Source: Alphaproteobacteria bacterium
GTDB taxonomy: Bacteria > Pseudomonadota > Alphaproteobacteria > Rickettsiales > JABCZZ01
Direction: 5' to 3'
DNA: 64,000 bases
NCBI GenBank assembly: GCA_013288335.1
Contig: JABDCC010000005.1
Location: forward strand, 1,313-65,312
Shown in pieces: positions 1 through 10,302 of the stretch. Every line of letters begins with the position of its first letter. Positions within the stretch are counted from its first letter, which is position 1. Position numbers and translations under genes: made by a program. The notes under the pieces were generated by a model that ran no database searches, was not told the origin of the DNA, and was given only the letters and a program-made list of their open reading frames with translations.

Positions 1-129
1 AATAAACTACCTATGACTGCTCCACAGGGCTCCAACAGCACTAATCTACCGGACAAAACTTCGAAGGATATACTTTCAATATTTTCTCCCGAAGATAAGG
101 GCACATCTAACTCATCTATACAAAAGTAA
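1..129 (+). CDS. 3' end of an upstream CDS (partial, unknown product)
   Basis: Frame 1 is open from base 1 to the TAA at 127-129 (...SPEDKGTSNSSIQK*). No start codon lies in the window and I recognise no domain. Confidence 0.3.
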   Translation, partial: NKLPMTAPQGSNSTNLPDKTSKDILSIFSPEDKGTSNSSIQK

Positions 130-135
130 AAGCGC

Positions 136-1197
136 ATGGATTATTATTCAGTTATTGGAATGGCGATACGTAAGCTGCCTGCCGAATTGGCGCATGATGC
201 AGCTATACGCGCACTAAAACTTGGAATCATACCCTCATCGCATGCAGTAAATCATCCGATGCTTAAATCCAGGTGTTTTGATCTGGACTTCAACAATCCA
301 GTAGGACTTGCAGCCGGGTTTGATAAAAACGCTGAGGTGGTAGATGGGCTTTTAGCACAAGGCTTTGGTTTTGTGGAAGCTGGCACAGTCACACCACTTC
401 CTCAATCTGGTAATATGAAGCCACGACTTTTCAGACTCGCTGAAGACGAAGCAGTTATAAACCGCTTTGGTTTTAACAGTCACGGGATTCATGTGTTTGC
501 GCAGAACATCAAAAAACATAAGAAGAACGGTATTATTGGTGCTAATATCGGCAAGAACAAAGATTCCCTAAATGCCGTATATGACTACTCCGTAGCGCTT
601 GAAGCCGTATATGATTTGGTGGATTACGTCACTATCAATATTTCTTCACCCAACACGGTAGGTTTACGCGATTTACAGCAAAAAAACACCCTTTCAGCTT
701 TAATGCTCGAGATAGAAAAAAAACGCATTGAGTTGGCCTTAATTACAAAAAAACGTAAACCTCTCCTCTATAAAATAGCACCTGATTTATCGCAGCAGGA
801 TATGGAAGATATTGTAGAGGTGGCGCTTGCTCACAAAATTGACGGATTGATAGTGACCAATACCACTATTTCGCGGCCGGAGCATTTACAGAGTAAAAAT
901 CGCAATGAGCGCGGCGGGCTAAGCGGTAAACCTTTATTCGCATTATCAACGCAAACGTTGCGCGATATCTACCGCCTCTCCCATGGAAAAATTCCGCTCA
1001 TCGGTGTAGGTGGTATTTCTTCTGCCGAAGATGCTTATACTAAGATCAAGGCCGGAGCTTCGCTTGTGCAGCTCTACACCGCATTAGTATATCAGGGATT
1101 TGGGCTGGTGCGCGAAATAAATGAAGGGCTAATAAAACTTCTTGAGCGCGATGGCTTTCACAATATTAAAGAAGCGGTTGGGATAGAAAATAAGTAA
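136..1197 (+). CDS. pyrD: dihydroorotate dehydrogenase (quinone), class 2
   Basis: 353 aa with the motifs VINRFGFNSHG and NISSPNTVGLR and a C-terminal GVGGI...LVQLYTA typical of PyrD. Confidence 0.95.
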   Translation: MDYYSVIGMAIRKLPAELAHDAAIRALKLGIIPSSHAVNHPMLKSRCFDLDFNNPVGLAAGFDKNAEVVDGLLAQGFGFVEAGTVTPLPQSGNMKPRLFRLAEDEAVINRFGFNSHGIHVFAQNIKKHKKNGIIGANIGKNKDSLNAVYDYSVALEAVYDLVDYVTINISSPNTVGLRDLQQKNTLSALMLEIEKKRIELALITKKRKPLLYKIAPDLSQQDMEDIVEVALAHKIDGLIVTNTTISRPEHLQSKNRNERGGLSGKPLFALSTQTLRDIYRLSHGKIPLIGVGGISSAEDAYTKIKAGASLVQLYTALVYQGFGLVREINEGLIKLLERDGFHNIKEAVGIENK

Positions 1198-1201
1198 ATC
1201 T

Positions 1202-1516
1202 CTACTTTATCGCATATCCTGCCGCTGCCCAGCCAAGGATTCCAGCATCAAGGTTATATACTTCGAGAACATTATCCAAAGATTGTAAAATTTCACAGGC
1301 TTTATAGCTACGTGCACCGGAGCGGCACTGCATTACCAGCTTCTTTCCTTCATGAGGCGGAATTTTATCCTGCGAAAATCCACTAAGCGGAACAAATACA
1401 GAGCCGGGAATATGCCCAGCATCATATTCATTCTGCTCACGCACATCCACCAAAACAGCTTCCTCTTTGTCGAGCCATTGTTTTAAAGTTGTTACATCCA
1501 GACTTTTAATGGGCAT
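1202..1516 (-). CDS. single-domain rhodanese-like sulfurtransferase
   Basis: 104 aa with the active-site loop CRSGARS and the layout typical of GlpE/PspE-size rhodaneses. Confidence 0.85.
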   Translation of the reverse strand: MPIKSLDVTTLKQWLDKEEAVLVDVREQNEYDAGHIPGSVFVPLSGFSQDKIPPHEGKKLVMQCRSGARSYKACEILQSLDNVLEVYNLDAGILGWAAAGYAIK

Positions 1517-1520
1517 ATTT

Positions 1521-4500
1521 TTACTGCTGTTTTAATGTATCAAGAGAGGGCAAAGTACTATTACGTTTCTGCTCCTCCGCTTTTTTCTGAGCTGCCGTTA
1601 TTTTGTCAATATCAGGAGCCGGTTCATCAAACATATCAAAAATTCCACGTAAGAACCCAGGAGTTAATACCGAAAGCGGGTTAGCGCTGATAGACGGATC
1701 ATTACTATTACCTTTGACACTGTAATTAAGTGCGATGATTCCCTGCCCTTTGCCACCCATGAGTAAATTCCCGATAAGTGGTACATTTCCAAGTAATGAA
1801 TTCATGGTATAAGAAGGCACCAATACACCGTTCAAATTGAGAGTGGAGCTATTAAGATCAACACTTCCGTCAGCTGTAATACCAAGCGCCGGGCCATGAG
1901 TTTTAGCATCTTTTAGTACTATCACTCCACGGCTATACACATAAGGCGCAGTGAGTTTGCTGAAGGTTATTCCGTTTCCGGCCAGAGTATCAACAACACC
2001 TGTGAGCGAAGCGATGGTAAATATCTTCGTAAATAAAGGTGCATTCTTTAAAGTATAATCATTCATAGTCATGACGCCCGCAATCTGGGTGTCTTTATAT
2101 TCGCCTTCGAGTTTTAACTTACCGCCAAAGATATTATTTATAACTCCAAGCGTTCTGAGTAACTCCCCAGCATCATCCGTTGCAGCGTTAAGTTTTCCGG
2201 CAGCTATGGAATAGGTGAAATCTGCACCGGTAGATAATTTTGCATTCAAATTTACAGCGTTGCATATTTTATCACAGTCTGCCCGAGCAGTTACAGATTT
2301 TATCTCTCTTTTATCGCCCAACACTAATCGATCAGTTTTTATATCGACATTATACCCAGGCTCATCGCTGTTATTTACAGGTTTATTAAGATATGGAGAC
2401 ACGTCAAAAGAGTTTCCTTTTACGGCAAGGGCAAAACCATGAGCATTTCTGCGGTAATAAAGATAATTCAAATCGTTATTGCCGTAACGCAAATCGTCCA
2501 TGTTAAGTGCAATAATATCACCATTGTTTTTTTGTAACTCTCCATTACCGGAAGCATGCGCACCCGCTCCATTTAGTACAAACGACTTCAGCATAATATT
2601 TCCGGAAGACATTGATTCCGTTTTCATATTTAGAGTTGCCTTATCACCGGATTTTTTGGCAAATCCGTATTCCGGCAAGGAAATGTCAGTATTAGTAAGA
2701 TCGAGAGCCGCATCGACCACTTCACTGTCATCCTTATCGACAAACTTGGCATTCACCCCAATTACGCCCTTGGCAAAATCAAGCATCGGCATATTGAATT
2801 TATGCATCTGGTCAACCGGCATATCTGTTTTTACGGAGTAAGTAGTTTCACTGCCTTTGCCGAAACTGCTATAGAGATCAATATCCACTGGCAAGCCATT
2901 GACCTTAGAGCTTCCCAGAACCTTGATCCCTTTATTATTAAGGATAATATTCATATTGGCATTTTCTATGTCACGGTTGCCAAGAAAATTCCGTTGCGAC
3001 ACATTGGAAGTCTTTGCTGTCACTGCATAATTTATGTTTTCTTTATTTAATTTCGAGTTGGTATCATCACTTGAGAATGCGATAAAATTAAGCAGAGCAT
3101 TACCAGTCACCTGACCAGTTACATCTTCGGTGATGTTGAGTTTCTTTGCTTTGTTAATATCCGGTAATGCGAGAAACATGGCAGTATCCCTTGCCGGGCC
3201 GTTCATATCTACATCCATAAACATTCGCACATCATCCGGCACCATATCCGGCATTTGCACCTCTGCCTTGGTTATATGCGTATCCGTCATATATTTCGCA
3301 CTTGTGATTTTGGCATTCATGGATTCGCCGGTAAATTCTACAACGCCATCCACTTCGGTAACAGGCGGGTGATCTGGAAGATATTTTACCGTTGCATTCT
3401 TTACTCCGATGGTAGCAGCTATATCCTCATCAGGTGTATCTTTTAATTTGATATCACCAGGCTTAAAATGGGCAGTCACTTTAGCATCGGTGATAATTCC
3501 GTTACTGATATGGGTTGTTACCCACTCACGCGAATGCGGAGAAACTTTAATAGGCCAGTATTTTCCAACTTCTTCACTGGATATGTTCGAGGTCTCTGCA
3601 GAACCGTCGATAGAATACTCATCTCCTTCTTTGTGAATGATACCATTCATGGAAAGTTCTATAGGTTTTGCATTACCGTCTTTGATAGCAATCTTTCCCT
3701 GTTTTATAGTTAGAGTACTAAGTTTATCGGTAAGGCTTCCATCAAACTGTATATGCTGCAAATTAAGTGGTTCTTTAAATTGTTCAGGATATTCGACCAC
3801 CCCTTCTCCTGCTTCTAAGGAAAAATCTATTTTTTCAACATTGGCATTCAAATCCGAGGTAATATTGGCAGATCCAGATAAAGGTAATTTAACCCCCATC
3901 ATCCAGTCTTGTGCGGGAAATAACTCATGCAATACTGAAGTTGGTATATCCTTATATACAACTTTTGCGGTTACGGATTGGCTGGCCTTCACTAAATGCA
4001 GAGCTGCGTTTATCTGGCCGGTTTTATTGTTCGCAAGTATAGGTAAAATAATAACGCCAACCACCCCGTCAGATTTACGTACAATTTCTAACGAGGCATC
4101 GGAAGATTTCAAAAATACCCCGGAACGCTTATTCTTTACCGATAAGGTAGCGTGTTTTACGACAAACGATTTAAGGCGTGAAATAATGTTGCTGCTATCA
4201 TCCGATGCAAGCATCGTCAAAGCAGCTGCAATAGAATTATTAGCTGCGGAGTCTGATTCATTGAGGCCAAAAGAGAAACTGCCATCATCATTTTGAATGA
4301 GCAAAATATCGGAATGATATATTTCCAGCGATTTTATATCAATTTCCCCAATAAGTAGCTTATGCAAATACATGCTGATACCAATTTCAGGGAAGTAGGC
4401 AATGATCTCACTTTTATCATTTATTATCTCTATATTTTTAATATTCACACCCACCGGGTGCTGCCAGCCTTCCCAGCTAACGACAGAATCCTCTATGTGT

Positions 4501-4988
4501 ATTTTATAGGGACTTCCCGGTGGAACCAAGGCGGATTCAATATAAGGAGTTAAAACATTGATTGAGCGCGGCCCATCAGTAAGCCATACGAAGAAAGTGC
4601 CAACAAACACCAGAATAAAAAACGCAATAGCAGAGAATATATTAAGCAATACACCGTGTTTTTTCTTAATCTTTATTTTTTTTATTTTTGGAGGTTTTCC
4701 TGACTTAGGTTTCCTCTTGCCAAACGTTTCTGCCGGCTCTGCATAAGAAGGAACCGGAGATGTAATTCCAGGGATAAAATCAGCAGGAATTTCAGAATTT
4801 TTTTCGAAAGGAGTATAGTGCGCAGCTTCCTCTAGAATCTCACTTCTGATTTCAGTAAAACCTTCCTGGAAAACCTCAGACACCGTCTGCTGAAGAAGTT
4901 CTTTCTGCATCTCAGGCGAGGTAATTTCAGCCGGGGTTTGTTTTGTTTTCTTCGATTTACTTTTTAGCCAACCAAAAACCATAACCAT
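1521..4988 (-). CDS. AsmA/YhdP-like (DUF3971-type) large envelope protein
   Basis: 1155 aa with a polybasic stretch then one N-terminal TM segment, followed by a long beta-rich body. The C-terminus (LIGNLLMGGKGQGIIALNYSVKGNSNDPSISANPLSVLTPGFLRGIF) matches the AsmA-like C-terminal region. Confidence 0.8.
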   Translation of the reverse strand: MVMVFGWLKSKSKKTKQTPAEITSPEMQKELLQQTVSEVFQEGFTEIRSEILEEAAHYTPFEKNSEIPADFIPGITSPVPSYAEPAETFGKRKPKSGKPPKIKKIKIKKKHGVLLNIFSAIAFFILVFVGTFFVWLTDGPRSINVLTPYIESALVPPGSPYKIHIEDSVVSWEGWQHPVGVNIKNIEIINDKSEIIAYFPEIGISMYLHKLLIGEIDIKSLEIYHSDILLIQNDDGSFSFGLNESDSAANNSIAAALTMLASDDSSNIISRLKSFVVKHATLSVKNKRSGVFLKSSDASLEIVRKSDGVVGVIILPILANNKTGQINAALHLVKASQSVTAKVVYKDIPTSVLHELFPAQDWMMGVKLPLSGSANITSDLNANVEKIDFSLEAGEGVVEYPEQFKEPLNLQHIQFDGSLTDKLSTLTIKQGKIAIKDGNAKPIELSMNGIIHKEGDEYSIDGSAETSNISSEEVGKYWPIKVSPHSREWVTTHISNGIITDAKVTAHFKPGDIKLKDTPDEDIAATIGVKNATVKYLPDHPPVTEVDGVVEFTGESMNAKITSAKYMTDTHITKAEVQMPDMVPDDVRMFMDVDMNGPARDTAMFLALPDINKAKKLNITEDVTGQVTGNALLNFIAFSSDDTNSKLNKENINYAVTAKTSNVSQRNFLGNRDIENANMNIILNNKGIKVLGSSKVNGLPVDIDLYSSFGKGSETTYSVKTDMPVDQMHKFNMPMLDFAKGVIGVNAKFVDKDDSEVVDAALDLTNTDISLPEYGFAKKSGDKATLNMKTESMSSGNIMLKSFVLNGAGAHASGNGELQKNNGDIIALNMDDLRYGNNDLNYLYYRRNAHGFALAVKGNSFDVSPYLNKPVNNSDEPGYNVDIKTDRLVLGDKREIKSVTARADCDKICNAVNLNAKLSTGADFTYSIAAGKLNAATDDAGELLRTLGVINNIFGGKLKLEGEYKDTQIAGVMTMNDYTLKNAPLFTKIFTIASLTGVVDTLAGNGITFSKLTAPYVYSRGVIVLKDAKTHGPALGITADGSVDLNSSTLNLNGVLVPSYTMNSLLGNVPLIGNLLMGGKGQGIIALNYSVKGNSNDPSISANPLSVLTPGFLRGIFDMFDEPAPDIDKITAAQKKAEEQKRNSTLPSLDTLKQQ

Positions 4989-5012
4989 CCATTTTTATTA
5001 TTAAAGAAGTTA

Positions 5013-5741
5013 CTATTCTTCTTTAATCCGGCACTGCACATTCACGATATAATCCCTGGCGCGTTCTTCGATATAATCATTGGCAAATAAAATGCCCGAT
5101 CCACCCCATTCGGAAAATACGCCGTGATCTAATAGAAACTGCTTCAATGTTGCAAGCGTAATTACGACTCCAACTGGTTTTTCAGAGACTTTTTGATGCG
5201 TATCTTGGTAGGATGTGGTAATTACGGCCTTAGCGACCACCACACCTATGACATTTCCGCTGGTGTCAAACACCGGCCCACCCGAATTTCCGTGTTCTAC
5301 CACATCGGTGATATAAAGCCATTTACTGTTATTTTCAGAGTTTTCAAGTTTTATATCCTCTATATGCGCTTCAGCGACTGCATATTCCCCCCGCGCGCCC
5401 GCTTCTCCCGGATACCCGATTACCAAAACTTTATCGCCAGATTTTAAATCTTCAATATCGAAGCGCAACGGAGCAAATTGTGGCGGCGGCATGTCGGTTT
5501 CTAGGAGCGCCAGATCGTGCTCTTTATCAAGCACCAGCACTTTAGCATCATGCTCAGGAACAGCGCCTTTTATGACAACACTCTGGCAGCCATCTACCAC
5601 ATGCGCATTGGTGATGATATACTGACGGTTTACAAAAAACCCCGTGCCGGATTGTACTTTGAATTCCTGATAAACGCGGCCTTGGGCAGAACAAAAATTT
5701 GGAACAATAAATAATAAAAAAATGATAACAACCCGCATCAA
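5013..5741 (-). CDS. secreted trypsin-like (S1) serine protease without PDZ domain
   Basis: 242 aa with a signal peptide and the catalytic triad context TNAHVV / DLALLE / GNSGGPVF. Its start overlaps the mrdA stop by 4 bp. Confidence 0.85.
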   Translation of the reverse strand: MMRVVIIFLLFIVPNFCSAQGRVYQEFKVQSGTGFFVNRQYIITNAHVVDGCQSVVIKGAVPEHDAKVLVLDKEHDLALLETDMPPPQFAPLRFDIEDLKSGDKVLVIGYPGEAGARGEYAVAEAHIEDIKLENSENNSKWLYITDVVEHGNSGGPVFDTSGNVIGVVVAKAVITTSYQDTHQKVSEKPVGVVITLATLKQFLLDHGVFSEWGGSGILFANDYIEERARDYIVNVQCRIKEE

Positions 5742-7591
5742 TCCACCTCCTCATCGTCACCTGTTTTAGGTATTTTGGGGATTTCGGGGCCGATTTCGCC
5801 TGCGTCCATTGCCTGAATTTTGAGCAATATATCGCGCACCATTGGTGCAGCTGCAGCCGCACCGCCGCCGCCATGCTCCACGATAACCGCAGCGGAATAT
5901 TTTGGCGCGTGCACCGGCGCAAATCCTATAAACCAGGCATGGTGCCTGTCTTCCCACGGTAATTTGCTTTGATCCATGCCGTGGCGAATCAGTTTTCTAA
6001 CCTGTGAAGTGCCGGTCTTGCCCGCCATTAAAAACCGCTCATCCATAATACGCTTACTATACGCCGTGCCGCCCGGTGTGTTGGTCACCGCATTCATACC
6101 CTCCTGCACCGCCGCTATATAATCATCAGCAACACCAATGGGTTTTAAATCCACTGACTTGCCATCATCTACCAGCCGCGGCATCACTGCATAACCGCCA
6201 TTGGCAATACGCGCTGTCATCACTGCAAGTTGCATGGGCGTCGTGATCACATAGCCCTGCCCAATACCTACGTTGATAGTGTCACCACCCTGCCAGCTTT
6301 GCCCATAGCGCGCCATTTTCCAGTCTTCATCCGGCATGATACCGGATTTTTCTCCTGGGAGCCCAAGACCACTTACTTTTCCAAGCCCGAGCTTTCGCCC
6401 CATCTCAGCCATATTATCTATGCCGAGCCTGTCTGCCATTGTGTAGAAAAAAACGTCGCACGATTGCTGAATAGCTTCACGCAAACCCACCGAGCCATGC
6501 CCACCTTGTTTCCAGCAGGTAAAATTATGATTTCCATATACAAAATTGCCATTACAAAAAACCCGCTGCTCAGCATTGATTACCTTGTTATGAAGTGCCG
6601 CAAGCGCCATGCAAGGTTTAAAGGTCGAACCTGGGGGGTATTGCCCGCTTATGGCTTTATTCATAAGAGGATTGCGCGGATTGGCTTGTAACTCTCCCCA
6701 GTATTTGGTCGTAATGCCCTTACTAAAACTATTGGGATCGTAAGCAGGTACAGAGGCAAGCGCTAGCACGTCACCATTATGCACATTCATAACCACCGCC
6801 GCAGCACTTTCGCCCGCCATGCGCTCACACGCATATTCCTGAAGTTTTGCATCAATGGTCAGATGTATATCCTTACCGGGTTTTCCTTCCTTGCGACTTA
6901 ATTCGCGCACCGCAAGCCCATGTACATTCACTTCGGTCTGCTTGACTCCGGCAGTTCCGCGTAAATCCATCTCCAGCATTTTCTCAACGCCGCTTTTGCC
7001 GATTTTAAAATCCGGTAATCTTTCAAGCTCCTCATCATCAACCTGAGCCTCCTCGCCAACTGCAACCGTACCCACATAACCTATGAGGTGAGAGGCATTT
7101 TCGCTAAACGGGTAGTAACGCACCTGCCCTATATCGATATAGATACCAGGATAATGCATACGAAAATATTCAAACTGCGCGAGTTCATCCCGCGAAAGAT
7201 GCTCTTTAATGAGAATAGGCGGAGAAAAACGCGAAGCCCTTGCCTCTTTGACAATGTCATTTATCTTTTCTTCGGTGATCGTCATGACACTCGCCAAAGC
7301 TTCGAGTGAACTGCGGGGATTTCTCAAAGTTTCCGTATCAAGAAAGAGCCGGAAATTTCTTTGGTTAGAAGCAAGCGCCACACCATTTCTATCTAACAAA
7401 AGACCGCGCACCGGGGCAATTAATTGTATCTTTATGCGGTTACCTTCGGCGAGGGTTTTATATTCTTCCGCGCGAACGAACTGCAGATAATAAAGACGTC
7501 CTACCACCACGCTCATAGCCGCAACGCTTGCACCACCAAAAATAAAGGCGCGTCGGGTTAAAAGCTTTTTTGAGTCTATTATATTATTCAT
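5738..7591 (-). CDS. mrdA: penicillin-binding protein 2 (elongasome transpeptidase)
   Basis: 617 aa with an N-terminal TM segment and the motifs STFKP (SxxK), SCD (SxD/N) and KTGT. It has a 4-bp overlap with mreD. Confidence 0.95.
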   Translation of the reverse strand: MNNIIDSKKLLTRRAFIFGGASVAAMSVVVGRLYYLQFVRAEEYKTLAEGNRIKIQLIAPVRGLLLDRNGVALASNQRNFRLFLDTETLRNPRSSLEALASVMTITEEKINDIVKEARASRFSPPILIKEHLSRDELAQFEYFRMHYPGIYIDIGQVRYYPFSENASHLIGYVGTVAVGEEAQVDDEELERLPDFKIGKSGVEKMLEMDLRGTAGVKQTEVNVHGLAVRELSRKEGKPGKDIHLTIDAKLQEYACERMAGESAAAVVMNVHNGDVLALASVPAYDPNSFSKGITTKYWGELQANPRNPLMNKAISGQYPPGSTFKPCMALAALHNKVINAEQRVFCNGNFVYGNHNFTCWKQGGHGSVGLREAIQQSCDVFFYTMADRLGIDNMAEMGRKLGLGKVSGLGLPGEKSGIMPDEDWKMARYGQSWQGGDTINVGIGQGYVITTPMQLAVMTARIANGGYAVMPRLVDDGKSVDLKPIGVADDYIAAVQEGMNAVTNTPGGTAYSKRIMDERFLMAGKTGTSQVRKLIRHGMDQSKLPWEDRHHAWFIGFAPVHAPKYSAAVIVEHGGGGAAAAAPMVRDILLKIQAMDAGEIGPEIPKIPKTGDDEEVD

Positions 7592-8091
7592 GTTCTAGGA
7601 TGATGAATACGCGTCAGAAGCAAATGAATGACAGGATAAGAAATTCCACTTAAGCACCATAACACGGTCAATTCTTTTAATGGTAATAATTTTCCTGAGT
7701 AAACACTAATAATTAGCCATTCCAGCAGAAAAATACCGCCGGAATAAATGATAAATCCAAGCCAGATGGCGGAAAAAGCCGCAGTGCGCAATGTACGGCG
7801 TTTTCTGCTCAGCCAGAATGCAAATACTATATAGATAAAGGATGAAAAGCCCAGCGGTGTCCCCACAAGAGTGTCATGCAAAACGCCAAGGCAAAAAAGA
7901 AAAAGATAAGGAAGCGTTCCGGGATAAAAAATGCACCAGTAATATATATTAATGAGAGTGAAGGTGGTAATAATAAGACCAATTCCAGGAATATGCATAG
8001 GTATTGCCTCCAGCAACACCATCAATGTTGTTAGGATTGCCGGAAGTAATGTTAATAATTTTTTAAATCCGTGGGGTAGCGTTTGCATCAC
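7588..8091 (-). CDS. mreD: rod shape-determining protein MreD
   Basis: 167 aa polytopic membrane protein, immediately upstream of mrdA and translationally coupled to it. Confidence 0.75.
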   Translation of the reverse strand: MMQTLPHGFKKLLTLLPAILTTLMVLLEAIPMHIPGIGLIITTFTLINIYYWCIFYPGTLPYLFLFCLGVLHDTLVGTPLGFSSFIYIVFAFWLSRKRRTLRTAAFSAIWLGFIIYSGGIFLLEWLIISVYSGKLLPLKELTVLWCLSGISYPVIHLLLTRIHHPRT

Positions 8092-8177
8092 TGATATTGA
8101 AATTTATTCGTTGATATTTATTTATTGATAATGGGCTTTGCATAAGCATATGCTATCGCTTATGATTATAAAACAAA

Positions 8178-8891
8178 ATGTGGAGAAAATCAGTGGATAA
8201 AATTTACCCTGACGCAAAAGCAGCACTCGCTGGCTTATTATTTGATGGAATGACCATTATGGCTGGCGGTTTCGGCCTGTGTGGTATCCCCGAACATTGT
8301 ATTCTCGCTATCCGTGATGCCGCAACTAAAGGAATCACCGTTATAAGCAATAATTGCGGTGTTGATGCATTTGGCCTCGGTATTTTGCTTGATACCAAAC
8401 AAATCAAAAAAATGGTCTCGTCGTATGTCGGCGAAAATAAAACTTTTGAGAAGCAATTTCTCTCTGGTGAATTGGAGGTAGAATTTAATCCGCAAGGAAC
8501 GCTCGCGGAGCGCATACGCGCGGGAGGCGCAGGAATTCCGGCATTTTATACCAAAACCGGCTACGGCACCGTGATTGCAGAAGGCAAAGAAACCCGCCAG
8601 TTTAACGGCGAGAATTATGTGATGGAAACTGGCCTCAAAGCCGATCTTTCTATTATCAAAGCATGGAAAGCCGATACTGCCGGCAACCTGATTTACCGTA
8701 AAACTGCGCGTAATTTTAATCCCATGATGGCAACTGCCGGTAAAGTAACAGTAGCAGAAGTGGAAGAAATCGTTCCGTGCGGAAAATTAGACGCGGATAA
8801 TATTCATACACCAGGAATTTTTGTACAGCGCTTGTTTGTTGGCAAAGATTTTAAAAAGCGGATTGAAAACCGGACAGTAAGGGAAAAATAA
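8178..8891 (+). CDS. scoA: 3-oxoacid (succinyl-CoA:3-ketoacid) CoA-transferase subunit A
   Basis: 237 aa with GGFGLCGIP near the N-terminus, which is typical of CoA-transferase family I alpha subunits. The subunit B gene follows 1 bp later. Confidence 0.9.
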   Translation: MWRKSVDKIYPDAKAALAGLLFDGMTIMAGGFGLCGIPEHCILAIRDAATKGITVISNNCGVDAFGLGILLDTKQIKKMVSSYVGENKTFEKQFLSGELEVEFNPQGTLAERIRAGGAGIPAFYTKTGYGTVIAEGKETRQFNGENYVMETGLKADLSIIKAWKADTAGNLIYRKTARNFNPMMATAGKVTVAEVEEIVPCGKLDADNIHTPGIFVQRLFVGKDFKKRIENRTVREK

Positions 8892-8892
8892 T

Positions 8893-9528
8893 ATGGCATG
8901 GACACGTGATGAAATGTGTAAACGCGCCGCAAAAGAGCTTTACGACGGGGCGTATGTAAATCTTGGAATCGGCATGCCGACAGTTGTCGCCAATTTTGTG
9001 CCGGATGGCATGAATGTTATCCTGCAAAGTGAAAATGGAATGCTTGGTATGGGGCCGTTTCCACTTGATAGCGAAGTGGATGCCGATCTCATCAATGCCG
9101 GTAAGCAAACAATCAGCGAATTGCCGGATAGCAGTTATTTTGACAGCGCCACTTCGTTCGGTATGATTCGCGGTGGCCATATTGACCTGACCATTCTCGG
9201 TGCATTGCAGGTTGCAGAAAACGGCGACCTCGCTAATTGGATGGTACCCGGAAAAATGGTAAAAGGCATGGGCGGCGCTATGGATTTAGTCGCGGGCGTT
9301 AAAAAAATTGTAGTGCTGATGGAGCATAACGCCAAAGACGGTAGCGCAAAACTCGTCAAAAAATGCTCACTCCCACTTACCGGCGTTGGCGTGGTGGATA
9401 TGATTATTACCGAACTAGGGGTATTTGTGATTGAAGAAGGCAAGCTCAAGCTTATCGAAAAAGCGGAAGGCATCACCACTGAGGAAATTAAAAAACGCAC
9501 CGAAGCAGAATTTATTGCGGTGTGTTGA
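8893..9528 (+). CDS. scoB: 3-oxoacid CoA-transferase subunit B
   Basis: 211 aa with the active-site Glu motif LQSENGMLG. Confidence 0.9.
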   Translation: MAWTRDEMCKRAAKELYDGAYVNLGIGMPTVVANFVPDGMNVILQSENGMLGMGPFPLDSEVDADLINAGKQTISELPDSSYFDSATSFGMIRGGHIDLTILGALQVAENGDLANWMVPGKMVKGMGGAMDLVAGVKKIVVLMEHNAKDGSAKLVKKCSLPLTGVGVVDMIITELGVFVIEEGKLKLIEKAEGITTEEIKKRTEAEFIAVC

Positions 9529-10138
9529 ACTTATTCTTGAATGCCTTCATCAGCTGTTCATCCATCTCTTTCATAGTTGCCTTTATACCAAGCGCGGCAA
9601 AAGATGTCACTCCGTGTTCGGCAATACCACAAGGTACAATGCCATCATAATGGCTTAAGTCCGGATTTATATTAATAGAAATTCCATGAAACGTAACCCA
9701 TTGCCGGATGCGTATACCAAGCGCTGCAATCTTGGCTTCTTTGTTCTTTTCTGCAACCCACACCCCTACTCTGCCTTCCCTCATTTCACCTTTAATACCA
9801 AAACTTCCTAAAGTATTAATAATGACTTCTTCTAAGTCTTTCACGAATTTACGCACATCAGGAGTGCGTTTTTTTAAATCCAGCATGATATAGGCTACGC
9901 GCTGCCCAGGTCCGTGATAAGTATATTGCCCACCGCGACCAGTTTTATAAACAGGAAAGCCGTTATTATTTAGCAAATCCGCATCTTTTGCGCTTGCGCC
10001 AGCGGTGTATATTGGCGGATGTTCCAGCAACCAGATAAGCTCATCTTCCGTACCCTGCCTTATGCCATGCACACGTGCTTCCATGAAGGAAACGGCGCCT
10101 TCGTAAGGTTCTGGCTTATTGCTGATTTTAAATTCCAT
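9512..10138 (-). CDS. lipB: octanoyltransferase (lipoyl(octanoyl) transferase)
   Basis: Motifs [23 protein letters not shown] and PCG. I chose the ATG at 10138, but the ORF extends to a TTG at 10162. Confidence 0.9.
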   Translation of the reverse strand: MEFKISNKPEPYEGAVSFMEARVHGIRQGTEDELIWLLEHPPIYTAGASAKDADLLNNNGFPVYKTGRGGQYTYHGPGQRVAYIMLDLKKRTPDVRKFVKDLEEVIINTLGSFGIKGEMREGRVGVWVAEKNKEAKIAALGIRIRQWVTFHGISININPDLSHYDGIVPCGIAEHGVTSFAALGIKATMKEMDEQLMKAFKNKFNTPQ

Positions 10139-10217
10139 AATTCTAATAAACCTATATACCAACCTTACCGCTTGATAAATGGTTTTCTATTTGCTAGAAA
10201 GCCCCCTCTTCTTCAGT

Positions 10218-10302
10218 GCGGTCGTGGCGGAATTGGTATACGCGCAACGTTGAGGTCGTTGTGGGGCAACCCATGGAAGTTCAAGTCTTCTCGACCGCAC
10301 CA
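10218..10302 (+). tRNA. tRNA-Leu (anticodon GAG)
   Basis: Hand-folded. Acceptor GCGGTCG/CGACCGC, anticodon stem CAACG/CGTTG with loop TTGAGGT, long variable arm, T-loop TTCAAGT and an encoded CCA. Confidence 0.9.

Noticed and set aside
3637-4296. A 219-aa plus-strand ORF, with several other 60-113-aa ORFs, lies inside the AsmA-like gene region (2215-4746).
   Set aside because: They lie entirely antisense to a 1155-aa gene with clear family features and have low-complexity, Ser/Cys/Phe-rich translations. These are typical shadow ORFs.
5554-5957. Two minus-strand ORFs of 122 and 63 aa overlap the protease/mrdA junction.
   Set aside because: They are out of frame with and fully overlap mrdA and the protease gene. 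Their translations are Arg/Cys-rich and nonsensical.
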